From Verrucomicrobiota bacterium (GTDB lineage Bacteria > Verrucomicrobiota > Verrucomicrobiia > JAWXBN01 > JAWXCD01), in the NCBI GenBank assembly GCA_034440535.1, contig JAWXCD010000003.1, positions 2,717 to 66,716 on the forward strand: a DNA stretch of 64,000 nucleotides, read 5' to 3'. Position numbers and translations under genes: made by a program. Numbering within the stretch: position 1 is the stretch's first letter; each line of letters starts with the position of its first letter. The notes under the pieces were generated by a model. The model did no database searches and was not told the DNA's origin. It saw only the letters and a program-made list of their open reading frames with translations. Below are positions 1-9,360 of the stretch, piece by piece.

Positions 1-1
1 T

Positions 2-1036
2 CTACTGCGAGGAATATGGGAACGTGGGCATCTGACCAACCGGGGCCCACTGGCTTGCGAATTGGAGATGAAGCTGTGCAGGTATTTGGGCTTGCACCAT
101 CTGCTATTTGTTTGCAATGGCACAATCGCTCTTCAGATTGCGATCAAGGCTCTTGACCTGAAGGGAGAGATCATTACGACTCCCTTTTCCTATGTAGCGA
201 CAACATCTTCAATTGTATGGGAGGGATGTACCCCAGTTTTTGTGGATATTGACCCGGAAACACTTTGTATCGATCCGGGTAAGATAGAGACGGCCATCAC
301 AGAGAAGACATCAGCCATTCTCGCGACGCATGTTTATGGAATTCCCTGTGACGTGGAGAGGATTGAAGTCATCGCCCGTAAGCATGGACTAAAGGTGATT
401 TATGATGCAGCTCATTGTTTTGGTGTGAAATACAAAGGGCAAAACCTCCTCAACTATGGAGATATTTCCACCATCAGCTTTCATGCTACAAAATTATTTC
501 ACACTGGTGAGGGCGGCGGGATTATAGCCAAAGAACCGGCCATTCAGGCGAAGATATTCTCGATGCACAATTTCGGGCATAATGGCCCCGAAGAATTTAT
601 TGATGTGGGAGTCAATGGGAAGGCATCCGAATTTCATGCGGCTTTGGGGTTGGCTGTGTTGCCTTACATAGATGAAATTCTTCAGGCACGCCGCAGATTA
701 AGCGAGCTTTACAAGAAACATCTAAATCTCGACAGGCTCAAGCTCCCCCTCATTCCCATCGGGACAGAATACAATTATGCTTATTTTCCAGTGATTTTTC
801 CATCGGAGAAATCAATGCTTGCGGCTCGTGATGCATTGAATCGCAATGGCATCAATCCACGACGGTATTTTTACCCAAGCTTGAACACACTGTGTTATCT
901 AGGAAAAAGCACCATGAAAATCAGTGATGAGATTGTAAAAAAAGTTTTGTGCCTTCCATTATTCCCAGAGTTGACAAAGACTGATGTGCTTTTAATCAGT
1001 CATCTTACTAATCAATCGCTGGATGGAGTTCTGTGA
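2..1036 (+). CDS. DegT/DnrJ/EryC1/StrS-family PLP-dependent sugar aminotransferase; 5' end lies outside the window (partial)
   Basis: The reading frame runs open from nt 2 with no upstream stop (LLRGIWERGHLTNRGPL...). It carries family-typical segments: VYGIPCD, AAHCFG, and a putative PLP-lysine context FHATKLF. It ends in a GTGA overlap with the next gene. Confidence 0.8.
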   Translation, partial: LLRGIWERGHLTNRGPLACELEMKLCRYLGLHHLLFVCNGTIALQIAIKALDLKGEIITTPFSYVATTSSIVWEGCTPVFVDIDPETLCIDPGKIETAITEKTSAILATHVYGIPCDVERIEVIARKHGLKVIYDAAHCFGVKYKGQNLLNYGDISTISFHATKLFHTGEGGGIIAKEPAIQAKIFSMHNFGHNGPEEFIDVGVNGKASEFHAALGLAVLPYIDEILQARRRLSELYKKHLNLDRLKLPLIPIGTEYNYAYFPVIFPSEKSMLAARDALNRNGINPRRYFYPSLNTLCYLGKSTMKISDEIVKKVLCLPLFPELTKTDVLLISHLTNQSLDGVL

Positions 1037-1731
1037 AGATAACCATTATGCAACCTTATTTTTTGCCTTATCTAGGATATTTTCAGCTCATGAATGCTGT
1101 GGACGAGTTTGTGATTTACGACAACATCAAATATACGAAGAAGGGCTGGATCAATCGCAACCGCATGCTGCTGAATGGTGCTGATGAAATGTTCTCGCTG
1201 CCCTTGAAAAAGGACTCGGACTCGCTCGATGTCGTGCAACGTGAACTATCCGCGGACTTCGACCGATCAACGCTGCTTAACCAATTCAAAGGGGCTTACG
1301 GCCGGGCGCCTTATTTCGCACAAACATTCCCGCTACTCGAACGCATTGTGGGGCACGAAGAAGGCAATCTGTTCCGCTATCTCTATCACTCCGTTATAGA
1401 AACCTGCCGACACATAGGCATCGATACGGAAGTACGCATCTCATCCAGTATCGCAATTGATCACGAACTGAAAGCGCAGGACAAGGTGCTCGCGCTGTGC
1501 GGTGCGCTGGGCGCGGATACATATATCAATACCATTGGCGGCACTGGCCTTTATGATAAGGGCGAGTTCGGTGTGCGCGGGATTGACCTTCAATTTATCA
1601 AAGCAAAGCCGTTTGAATATAAGCAATTCGACTCACCTTTCGTGCCCTGGCTCTCTATCGTCGATGTAATGTTTTTTAACCCTATTGAGAAGGTTAAAGA
1701 TCAAATTCGGCGGGGTTATGAATTGATATAA
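1033..1731 (+). CDS. WbqC-family protein (polysaccharide biosynthesis; putative N-acyl/N-formyl amino-sugar modification helper)
   Basis: The N-terminus MKITIMQPYFLPYLGYFQLM is the hallmark start of WbqC-like proteins. The GTG start overlaps the upstream stop (GTGA); an ATG alternative sits at 1048. Confidence 0.8.
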   Translation: MKITIMQPYFLPYLGYFQLMNAVDEFVIYDNIKYTKKGWINRNRMLLNGADEMFSLPLKKDSDSLDVVQRELSADFDRSTLLNQFKGAYGRAPYFAQTFPLLERIVGHEEGNLFRYLYHSVIETCRHIGIDTEVRISSSIAIDHELKAQDKVLALCGALGADTYINTIGGTGLYDKGEFGVRGIDLQFIKAKPFEYKQFDSPFVPWLSIVDVMFFNPIEKVKDQIRRGYELI

Positions 1732-1742
1732 AAAGGAAAAAT

Positions 1743-2465
1743 ATGGGCAACCCATTAGATAGTCATGTTTCCGCCTATAAGGGCGACAACCTGTACGACT
1801 TCGATAATGAGATTCTGCTGACGTGGTATCCGCAGCGCGTGCTTCACCATGCTGGCGCAGCGCGTTCCCTGCTGGAGCTTGGGCTCGGGCATGGCTACGC
1901 CACCGACATCTTCTCGTCCCGTTTTGAGCGACATTTGGTGCTAGAAGGTTCTCCTGCTGTGATAGGCAATTTCTACGACAAATACCCAGATTGCCGTGCC
2001 GAAATCATTGAAACTTGGTTCGAGAAATTTGTCACCCGCGAACGCTTTGACCTGATCGTTATGGGCTTCATTCTTGAGCATGTGGATGATCCGCTACTGA
2101 TACTTCGCCGCTTCTGCGAATTTCTAACTCCTGGAGGCCGAATATTTTTGGCCGTGCCCAACGCCGATGTGCTGAACCGCAGACTGGGCAAGCTTGCCGG
2201 GTTACTGGACGATGTCACCATACTGTCTGAAAACGATCATTTGCTCGGACATAAACGCTTTTATACCGTAAGTACCCTGAGCGCAGACATCGCCCTAGCG
2301 GGTTGCTGCGTAGACCGGCTGGAAGGTATTTACCTCAAGCCCTTCACCACACGGCAGGTCGTTTCCCTGAGGCTAGATCGCAAGATCATTGACGCGCTAT
2401 GCACCGTCGGAATTGACTATCCTGAGCTCAGTTGCGGTCTGCTCGCCGAGATTTCTACCCGATGA
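1743..2465 (+). CDS. class I SAM-dependent methyltransferase (type 11/12-like)
   Basis: It has a glycine-rich SAM-binding region (LELGLGHGYAT) and a downstream motif ILEHVDDP...GGRIFLAVPN. It is a paralog of the 6566-7327 product. ATG at 1743. Confidence 0.7.
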   Translation: MGNPLDSHVSAYKGDNLYDFDNEILLTWYPQRVLHHAGAARSLLELGLGHGYATDIFSSRFERHLVLEGSPAVIGNFYDKYPDCRAEIIETWFEKFVTRERFDLIVMGFILEHVDDPLLILRRFCEFLTPGGRIFLAVPNADVLNRRLGKLAGLLDDVTILSENDHLLGHKRFYTVSTLSADIALAGCCVDRLEGIYLKPFTTRQVVSLRLDRKIIDALCTVGIDYPELSCGLLAEISTR

Positions 2466-3310
2466 AAATATTGCTCACAGGCGGAAATTCCTCACTGGCT
2501 CAAGTTTTGCGCCCGGTGCTAGCCTCGTTCGCAGAGGTGCAGACGGCTGGGCGTAGTGGTTGCGATGTGATGTTGGATATGGCTTGGCCCGCCGAGCGAT
2601 TTGAACTGCCACAGGACGTGGACACCGTCATTCATCTAGCAGCGAATTTCGGTGGGCCGGATTTTGCATCCATTCTGGCCGCCGAAGAGATTAATGTGCT
2701 CGGTGCGCTTAAGTTGGCGCATACCTGTCATCGGGCTGGTGTCGGTCAACTTGTTCAGGTTTCCAGTATTTTTGCCGGACTAGGCATAAAATCCCCTTTC
2801 TATAACAGCTATGCACTGTCCAAGCGTCATGCCGAGGAACTAACAGGGTTGTATTGTCGCAGCGTCGGTTTGCCGCTGGTGATTCTGAGACCGGCGCAAT
2901 TTTATGGCGAAGGTCAAGTCTTTCGCCGCCATCAGCCCTTCCTTTACGCGTTGCTGGATAGCGCGCAATGCGGCAAAGACATCGTGCTCTATGGCCGCAA
3001 TGATGCCTTGCGGAATTTCATCCACGTCGATGATGTGGCCGAAATCATCGCCCGCGTGGTGCGACAGCGCATCGAAGGACTTTATGAATGCTCCAGCCTG
3101 ACCAATGTGCGTTTTTCCGAAATTGCGGCTGCAGCAGTGGCGGCCTTCGACAGCCCCAGTGCTATCCGTTTTGATACTGACAAAGCGGACATTCCCGACA
3201 ACGCCTTTGCGGCAGATGACGCCCTGTATCGCCGCATCGGTTACTTCCCGAAGATTTCGCTAGCGCAAGGGTTAATCCGTGAAGCCGAGCGCAGAAAGGG
3301 ATTACCATGA
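2462..3310 (+). CDS. NAD-dependent epimerase/dehydratase-family (SDR) protein
   Basis: The N-terminal Rossmann region MKILLTGGNSSLA and the catalytic YxxxK (YALSK) are present. I chose ATG 2462, which overlaps the upstream stop (ATGA), over the extended track start at 2432. Confidence 0.7.
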   Translation: MKILLTGGNSSLAQVLRPVLASFAEVQTAGRSGCDVMLDMAWPAERFELPQDVDTVIHLAANFGGPDFASILAAEEINVLGALKLAHTCHRAGVGQLVQVSSIFAGLGIKSPFYNSYALSKRHAEELTGLYCRSVGLPLVILRPAQFYGEGQVFRRHQPFLYALLDSAQCGKDIVLYGRNDALRNFIHVDDVAEIIARVVRQRIEGLYECSSLTNVRFSEIAAAAVAAFDSPSAIRFDTDKADIPDNAFAADDALYRRIGYFPKISLAQGLIREAERRKGLP

Positions 3311-4284
3311 AGCGGGTGCTTGTTTCCGGTGCCAGTGGAATTGTCGGGTACGGCGTATTACGTTCGCTGCGGCAGGCTGGGCAGCCGTGCTTTCTGGTTG
3401 GAACTTCTATTTATAACGACTCAGTCGCCCCCGCTTTTTGCGACGTATTCGAGCTAGCGCAGCCTACCAGTGCCCCGGAATATCTCGACTGGCTGATCGA
3501 CACGCTAGTGAAGTACCGAATTGAAATGCTGATTCCCGGCCTTGAGATCGACATGTACAACTGGGTTGAGCATGTTCCCGAGATCCGTGTTACTGGAGCA
3601 CTGCCATTGCTCAACGTGCCAGAACTGATCGCTCTGTGCAGGGACAAGTGGGGCTTTTACCAGCGGCTTGCAGCAGCTGGCGTGAGTTGCACCATCGAGA
3701 GTTCGCTGGAGCAGGATTTTACTGTGCTGGCGGCGCGGTTCGGACTGCCGTTTCTGCTCAAGCCGCGCCGGGGCTTCGGCTCCAGAGGCATCGTGCGGGT
3801 GACGTCGGAAGTAGAGTTTGAGCCGCATCGAGCCGACATCGGCCCGGCTCTGATGGCCCAGCCCATCGTCGGAAATGATGAAGAGGAATTCACTACTTCG
3901 GCGTTTTGCGATGGTCGCGGCGGCTATTTCGCCAGCATGACGCTGCGGCGCAAACTATCGCGCGATGGTTTCACCGACAAGGCTGAGGTGGCCGATTCGC
4001 TGGAATTCGCCGCAGCGATGGAAGAGTTGTGCCGTTTATTACGTCCTATGGGGCCAACCAATTTTCAGTTTCGCCGCTGCGCTAAAGGCCCCAAGCTGCT
4101 AGAAATTAACCCCCGAATTTCTTCCTCCACCTCCATCCGAACCGCATTTGGCTATAACGAAAGCGCGATGGCGATGGATTATTTTTTAGATCAGCGCGAT
4201 CCGTTGCAGCCAGCTCTCCGCCGTGGTCGTGCCGTACGCTATACCGACGAGCAAATTTTCTATGAGGACGGCGTTCATCTCTGA
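3307..4284 (+). CDS. ATP-grasp domain ligase (carbamoyl-phosphate-synthase L-chain-like fold)
   Basis: It has the ~325-aa layout with an N-terminal Rossmann-like region (VLVSGASGIVGYGV) and central ATP-grasp-type segments (LLKPRRGFGSRGI, LLEINPRISSS). ATGA overlap with the upstream gene. Confidence 0.7.
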   Translation: MKRVLVSGASGIVGYGVLRSLRQAGQPCFLVGTSIYNDSVAPAFCDVFELAQPTSAPEYLDWLIDTLVKYRIEMLIPGLEIDMYNWVEHVPEIRVTGALPLLNVPELIALCRDKWGFYQRLAAAGVSCTIESSLEQDFTVLAARFGLPFLLKPRRGFGSRGIVRVTSEVEFEPHRADIGPALMAQPIVGNDEEEFTTSAFCDGRGGYFASMTLRRKLSRDGFTDKAEVADSLEFAAAMEELCRLLRPMGPTNFQFRRCAKGPKLLEINPRISSSTSIRTAFGYNESAMAMDYFLDQRDPLQPALRRGRAVRYTDEQIFYEDGVHL

Positions 4285-4594
4285 CATTCACGGCAATTAC
4301 GAGGCACTCAAGGCGGTGCTAGTCAAAATTGACCGGCTGAGCGTGACACAAATCTACTGCGCGGGCGACGTAGTGGGCTATTACTCGCAGATCAACGAAT
4401 GCTGCCGCGAACTTCGAGAGCGCGAGGTTCTCTGCGTGATGGGCATTCATGATTGGTACATGGCGGGCGGTGGCTTCTGCTCCCGTTCGCAAAACGTGAA
4501 TGATTGTCTGGCCTATCAGCGCACCATCATTGAGCCGGGAGATCTAGACTGGCTGGGCAGCTTTCCAGTGCAGCGCGAAATTTGCGTCGTTTAG
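4262..4594 (+). CDS. metallophosphoesterase-like protein, short (111 aa), apparently C-terminally truncated or degenerate
   Basis: Motif I of calcineurin-like phosphoesterases (ISDIHGN) and motif II (CAGDVVGYY) are present. Motif III reads GIHD instead of GNHD/E. The GHxH motifs expected in the C-terminal half are absent. I took the internal ATG 4262 over the track start 4223. Confidence 0.5.
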   Translation: MRTAFISDIHGNYEALKAVLVKIDRLSVTQIYCAGDVVGYYSQINECCRELREREVLCVMGIHDWYMAGGGFCSRSQNVNDCLAYQRTIIEPGDLDWLGSFPVQREICVV

Positions 4595-4621
4595 CTGACT
4601 GACAAGAGTAAGGGGGATCAC

Positions 4622-5596
4622 ATGTTCAAATGGAAAAAATTAGGCAAGGTCTTTAACCCCAAGGATATGGCCAGCCCCAGCTGGATGCACGAATTCGCGC
4701 AGTCGCCCTCGGTGCTGGTCAGGGAAGATTGTGTGCGGGTGTATTTCTGCTCGCGACCGGCGCCCGGCCCGGACGGGCAATATCTAAGTTACATTGCCTT
4801 CATTGATCTTGACCGTCGCAATCTGTTTAACACCCTCCGGGTGTGCGAACGTCCTGTGCTGGAACTCGGCAAGTATGGGACCTTCGATGAGTTTGGCACC
4901 TATCCGGTGTCAGTGATCTGCGACGGCGACGAGATACGCGCCTACTACGCAGGTTGGACACGTTGCGAATCGGTCCCGTTCAACGCGGCCATTGGTCTGG
5001 CTGTCAGCCGCGACGGCGGAGAAACTTTTCAGCGGCTAGGCGATGGACCGGTGCTCTCCTACACGCATGATGAACCTTTTTTGCTTGGCAGTCCGCGCAT
5101 ACGCAAAATCAATGGGGGTTGGCAACTCTGGTATGTGGCAGGGCGAGAATGGCGTATGACAGACGGCAAACCTGAGCCGGTGTACAAAATCCGCCTGGCG
5201 ACTTCGGACAACGGAGTTGACTGGGTCAAACTAGGGCGTGATCTGATCCCTGATAAATTGGGCGATCACGAATGCCAAGCCTGCCCGGATGTAACTTACC
5301 GCAACGACCGTTACCACATGTTTTTTTCTTACCGGGACATCCGTAATTACAAGGGGCGCGAAGGTGGCTACCGCATCGGATATGCCTCGTCGCCAGATAT
5401 GGTGAACTGGAAGCGAGATGATGCGCGGATAGGCATTTGCTTGTCCGAAATCGGCTGGGATTCGGAAATGGTCAACTATCCACATGTTTTCTGGCTGGAT
5501 GGCAGAACCTACATGCTCTATCAGGGCAATGGGATGGGACGGGCCGGATTTGGGCTAGCAGTCCTCGAATCAGAAGACGCATGGGGGCAAGCATGA
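4622..5596 (+). CDS. five-bladed beta-propeller glycosidase-like protein (GH32/GH43-superfamily-like), paralog 1
   Basis: 324 aa. Conserved N-terminal WMHEFAQSP, mid (S)RDGGETF, and later HECQACP motifs recall the WMNDPNG/RDP/EC-type motifs of GH-J/GH-F propellers. The tandem paralog follows immediately downstream. Confidence 0.55.
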   Translation: MFKWKKLGKVFNPKDMASPSWMHEFAQSPSVLVREDCVRVYFCSRPAPGPDGQYLSYIAFIDLDRRNLFNTLRVCERPVLELGKYGTFDEFGTYPVSVICDGDEIRAYYAGWTRCESVPFNAAIGLAVSRDGGETFQRLGDGPVLSYTHDEPFLLGSPRIRKINGGWQLWYVAGREWRMTDGKPEPVYKIRLATSDNGVDWVKLGRDLIPDKLGDHECQACPDVTYRNDRYHMFFSYRDIRNYKGREGGYRIGYASSPDMVNWKRDDARIGICLSEIGWDSEMVNYPHVFWLDGRTYMLYQGNGMGRAGFGLAVLESEDAWGQA

Positions 5597-6546
5597 AGTG
5601 GAAGAAACTAGGCAAGATTTTTAATCCGACCGATCATGTGCTGCCGAATCGCTGTGTGGAATTCGCGCAATCTCCTCAGACGCTGGTATTGCAAGACCGG
5701 GTGAGAGTTTATTTCTCCACGCGTGAGCGAGATTTCACAGGCAAATATCTGAGTCATATTGCCTTTGCGGATTTTAGCCGAAACATGGGTGAACTGCTCG
5801 GTGTGTCCGCCGAGCAGGTGATGTCGCTGGGTGGCTTGGGTTGTTTCGATGAGCATGGGATATTCCCAATCAACCCGATGCGTGACGGTGATCGCGTGCT
5901 AGGCTACACCACAGGATGGAACCGCAAGGTCTCGGTATCGGCAGATGCATCGATCGGCTTGACGATCAGCAACGATGACGGATTGACTTTCAAACGGTAT
6001 GGCACCGGGCCAATCTTGAGCTCATCGCTAAAAGAACCATTTCTGGTGGCGGACGCTTTTGTCAGCCGTTACGGGGATAGGTATCACATGTGGTACATTT
6101 ATGGCACCAAATGGCAGAAGTTCACAGAAATCGAAGCGCCCGACCGTGTCTACAAAATATCGCACGCTTCCTCGTCCGACGGTGTTAATTGGCAGCGTGA
6201 CGGGCGGCAGATTATCAGCGACCAGTTAAATCCAGACGAATGCCAGGCACTTCCCACAGTTATCTGCCTGAATGACGTTTACCATATGTATTTCTGCTAT
6301 CGCGAGGCCTATGGATTCCGGACTGATCCTAGCCGTGGTTATCGTCTTGGTTACGCTTGGTCAACCGACTTAGAAAACTGGGTGCGTAACGATAGACTGG
6401 CGGGCATCGATGTTTCCGGAGAGGGCTGGGACTCGCAAATGCAGTGCTACCCGCATATCTTCGAATGCGACGGACGAATCTACTTACTTTACAACGGCAA
6501 CGAGTTTGGGCGTTATGGATTTGGCCTAGCCTTGCTGGAAAACTAA
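5593..6546 (+). CDS. five-bladed beta-propeller glycosidase-like protein, paralog 2
   Basis: It has the same motif set (CVEFAQSP, SNDDGLTF, DECQALP). I chose ATG 5593, which overlaps the upstream stop (ATGA), instead of the extended track start 5437. Confidence 0.55.
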   Translation: MKWKKLGKIFNPTDHVLPNRCVEFAQSPQTLVLQDRVRVYFSTRERDFTGKYLSHIAFADFSRNMGELLGVSAEQVMSLGGLGCFDEHGIFPINPMRDGDRVLGYTTGWNRKVSVSADASIGLTISNDDGLTFKRYGTGPILSSSLKEPFLVADAFVSRYGDRYHMWYIYGTKWQKFTEIEAPDRVYKISHASSSDGVNWQRDGRQIISDQLNPDECQALPTVICLNDVYHMYFCYREAYGFRTDPSRGYRLGYAWSTDLENWVRNDRLAGIDVSGEGWDSQMQCYPHIFECDGRIYLLYNGNEFGRYGFGLALLEN

Positions 6547-6565
6547 TTTTTCAGAAATTAAATGA

Positions 6566-7327
6566 ATGGAGAAAATAATGAATTCAAGAAACTACAACGC
6601 TGAACTGGACGATTCCAGCAATGCTGCGAACGAGAAGTATGTGTACAGCTTCGACTTCGACGTCATGCATCCTTTCATGATTCGGGCATTTTTGCCTTTG
6701 GCGAGACAAGGAAGTCTCTTGGAGTTAGGGAGCTTTAAAGGGGATTTTACGCGACGGCTTCTGGCACACTTTGCAGACATCACCTGCGTTGAAGCTTCAA
6801 GTGAAGCAGTAAAGGAGGCTTCTCACATACTCCAAGAAAAGGCCACGATTATTAATGCTCTTTTTGAGACAGTACAGTTGCCTCGTCAGTATGACAACAT
6901 TGTCTTAACACATGTTCTTGAGCATTTGGACGATCCTGTCGGCGTCTTGAGGCGTGTGAACAACGAGTGGCTCGCGGATGGAGGGCGTTTTTTTCTTGTT
7001 TGTCCGAATGCTAATGCTCCGTCTCGCCAAATTGCAGTGAAGATGGGGTTAATCAGTCAAAATTCTGCTGTAACGCCCGCGGAAAAAGAGCATGGGCACC
7101 GAATTACATATTCTCTTGATACTCTAGAGAGCGATGCGCGTGCCGCAGGTTTAAAAGTGGTATTTCGTTCAGGCATTTTCTTCAAAGCATTCGCAAATTT
7201 CCAGTGGGATCAGATCCTGCAAACAAATATAGTCAATCAGGATTATCTGGAGGGATGCTATCAATTGGGGCAACAATATCCTGATCTATGCTCAAGTATA
7301 TTTTTATTATGTGAAAAGGGGAAATAA
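6566..7327 (+). CDS. class I SAM-dependent methyltransferase (paralog of 1743-2465)
   Basis: Motifs LELGSFKGDF, VLEHLDDP, GGRFFLVCPNANAPSR are shared with the first methyltransferase. ATG start. Confidence 0.7.
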   Translation: MEKIMNSRNYNAELDDSSNAANEKYVYSFDFDVMHPFMIRAFLPLARQGSLLELGSFKGDFTRRLLAHFADITCVEASSEAVKEASHILQEKATIINALFETVQLPRQYDNIVLTHVLEHLDDPVGVLRRVNNEWLADGGRFFLVCPNANAPSRQIAVKMGLISQNSAVTPAEKEHGHRITYSLDTLESDARAAGLKVVFRSGIFFKAFANFQWDQILQTNIVNQDYLEGCYQLGQQYPDLCSSIFLLCEKGK

Positions 7328-8204
7328 TATCAAACCGCCACTGCTTTCTGTCTGTCTCATAACTTACAACCAGAGCAAGTACATCACACGCGCCCTTGAA
7401 GGCATTCTGATGCAAGAGTCTGATTTCCAGTGGGATATTATCATTGCCGATGATTGCTCCACTGATGGCACGCGCGAAATTATCATAGACTACAAGACCA
7501 GATATCCCGACCGGATCAAATTAATCATACAATCCCAAAATGTTGGAGCCGCGCGTAATTGGCTAGAATTAATTCAGGCACCCACAGGAAAATACACAGC
7601 TTACCTTGAAGGTGATGACTATTGGACTCAAAAGAACAAATTACAAAAACAAGTCGAATTCCTTGAACGCAACCCGGATTACGCCATGTGTTTTCACAAG
7701 GTTAAAATTGAAACTAGAGACGGACTTGTAGAAGACTTTATAACAAAAATACCACCGAACAGGGATTCATTTACAACGCACGATCTGGCCAGGACCAATT
7801 TTATACATTCACCTACGATTGTATTCAGAAACAAACTTATAGAAATTCCAGATTGGATATTAGATTCACCAATAGGAGACTATCCCCTCTATTTGTTACT
7901 TTCCTTGAAGGGGAAAATTAAACTGATCAACGAATGCATGGCTGTGTATCGCATTAACTCCGGCAGTTGGTCGCAGCACGACGATGTCTATCGTCTCATT
8001 AAGACATTAAACATGCTGTCTCTGGTAAAGTGTGACATGCCCCGACACATTATCAAAGAGTTGGCATATAATATCGAATCCGAATGCTTAAATAGCATCC
8101 AGATCGAATGGAGTAGGGTCAATGCCGGACTTACCAGAAAACTCTCAATAAAGGAGAAGCTCAAGGCCTGGTTGTTATTCAAACGGAATGCCCCTAAAAG
8201 ATAG
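7311..8204 (+). CDS. family-2 glycosyltransferase
   Basis: GT-A signature LSVCLITYNQ...(15 aa)...DDCSTDGT near the N-terminus. GTG start overlaps the upstream gene by 17 nt. Confidence 0.8.
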   Translation: MKRGNNIKPPLLSVCLITYNQSKYITRALEGILMQESDFQWDIIIADDCSTDGTREIIIDYKTRYPDRIKLIIQSQNVGAARNWLELIQAPTGKYTAYLEGDDYWTQKNKLQKQVEFLERNPDYAMCFHKVKIETRDGLVEDFITKIPPNRDSFTTHDLARTNFIHSPTIVFRNKLIEIPDWILDSPIGDYPLYLLLSLKGKIKLINECMAVYRINSGSWSQHDDVYRLIKTLNMLSLVKCDMPRHIIKELAYNIESECLNSIQIEWSRVNAGLTRKLSIKEKLKAWLLFKRNAPKR

Positions 8205-8289
8205 TGTGATTATCCCGCCCGATCGTCATTTCAATGTGGCGTTTGGATAAGTTAAGCAAAAAATTCAAATAACTTACTTTAACATCTGC

Positions 8290-9288
8290 ATGTCTTTAAT
8301 CTCGTCTGATCCGATCAACAAATGTGACATCTCGGTTGCCATGTGTACTTACAATGGTGAAAAATACATTCAACAACAACTCGAGAGCATTCGCCATCAA
8401 TCACATCTCCCACTGGAATTAATCATATGCGATGATGGCTCCACTGATAGCACCCTCGATATCATTAGGAGATTTTCTTTAAATTCACCCTTTCCTATCA
8501 AATTACACGTAAACGAGCGTAACCTAGGGTCGACGGCAAATTTTGAAAAAGCCATTGGTCTCTGCAATGGCGGAATTATAGCACTTTCAGATCAGGATGA
8601 TGTGTGGAGTAGTACGAAACTGGAGTGCATATCAAATAAATTTGCTGACTGTCAGGAGGCAGTCCTTGTTTTTACCGATGCCACCATAGTCGATCAACAG
8701 TTGAAGCCTTTGGGGTACACATTATGGGAATCCATCAATTTCGATCAGAGAGAAAAGGCGGCAATATCCATGGGGCTTTCTATGAAAGTCCTTCTGAAAC
8801 ATAATGTTGTCACGGGTGCCACCCTCGCATTTAAAAGTGAATACCGGAAACATATTTTACCGATTCCGAAGGATTGGGTTCACGATGCGTGGCTGGCATT
8901 GATCCTGTCATCATTCGCCAAGATTGATTTTATCGATCAACCATTAATATTGTATAGGCAACATCCTCGACAGCAACTTGGCGCACGCAAGCCAAATATT
9001 TGTGAATACATAAAAGATAGGCTGAAAAACAAATCCAAAATCTATATGCAGGAATATCAACGTTTTGAAACTGCGATTCAAAGGCTGGAATTATTGGATC
9101 AGACAAGTGCAAATAAGAATGCTAAAAATTTAGATCACCAAAGGTTAATGCACCTGAAATTACGTGGCACACTACCCGGAAAACTGATGAAAAGAATTCG
9201 TCCTGTAGTCCATGAGGTGTTAAACGGGCAATATCATAAATATTCAAATGGTTGGGTGAGCGCAATCAGGGATGTCGTTGGTTGGTGA
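8290..9288 (+). CDS. family-2 glycosyltransferase
   Basis: ISVAMCTYNGEKYI...CDDGSTDST plus a downstream DQDD(V)W motif. ATG start. Confidence 0.8.
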   Translation: MSLISSDPINKCDISVAMCTYNGEKYIQQQLESIRHQSHLPLELIICDDGSTDSTLDIIRRFSLNSPFPIKLHVNERNLGSTANFEKAIGLCNGGIIALSDQDDVWSSTKLECISNKFADCQEAVLVFTDATIVDQQLKPLGYTLWESINFDQREKAAISMGLSMKVLLKHNVVTGATLAFKSEYRKHILPIPKDWVHDAWLALILSSFAKIDFIDQPLILYRQHPRQQLGARKPNICEYIKDRLKNKSKIYMQEYQRFETAIQRLELLDQTSANKNAKNLDHQRLMHLKLRGTLPGKLMKRIRPVVHEVLNGQYHKYSNGWVSAIRDVVGW

Positions 9289-9360
9289 CAGGGACAAAGG
9301 TTCCGAATTGTGTGTAAGCATCATGCGTTACCCTTCTTTTAAAACAGGTTCAAAATTGAC

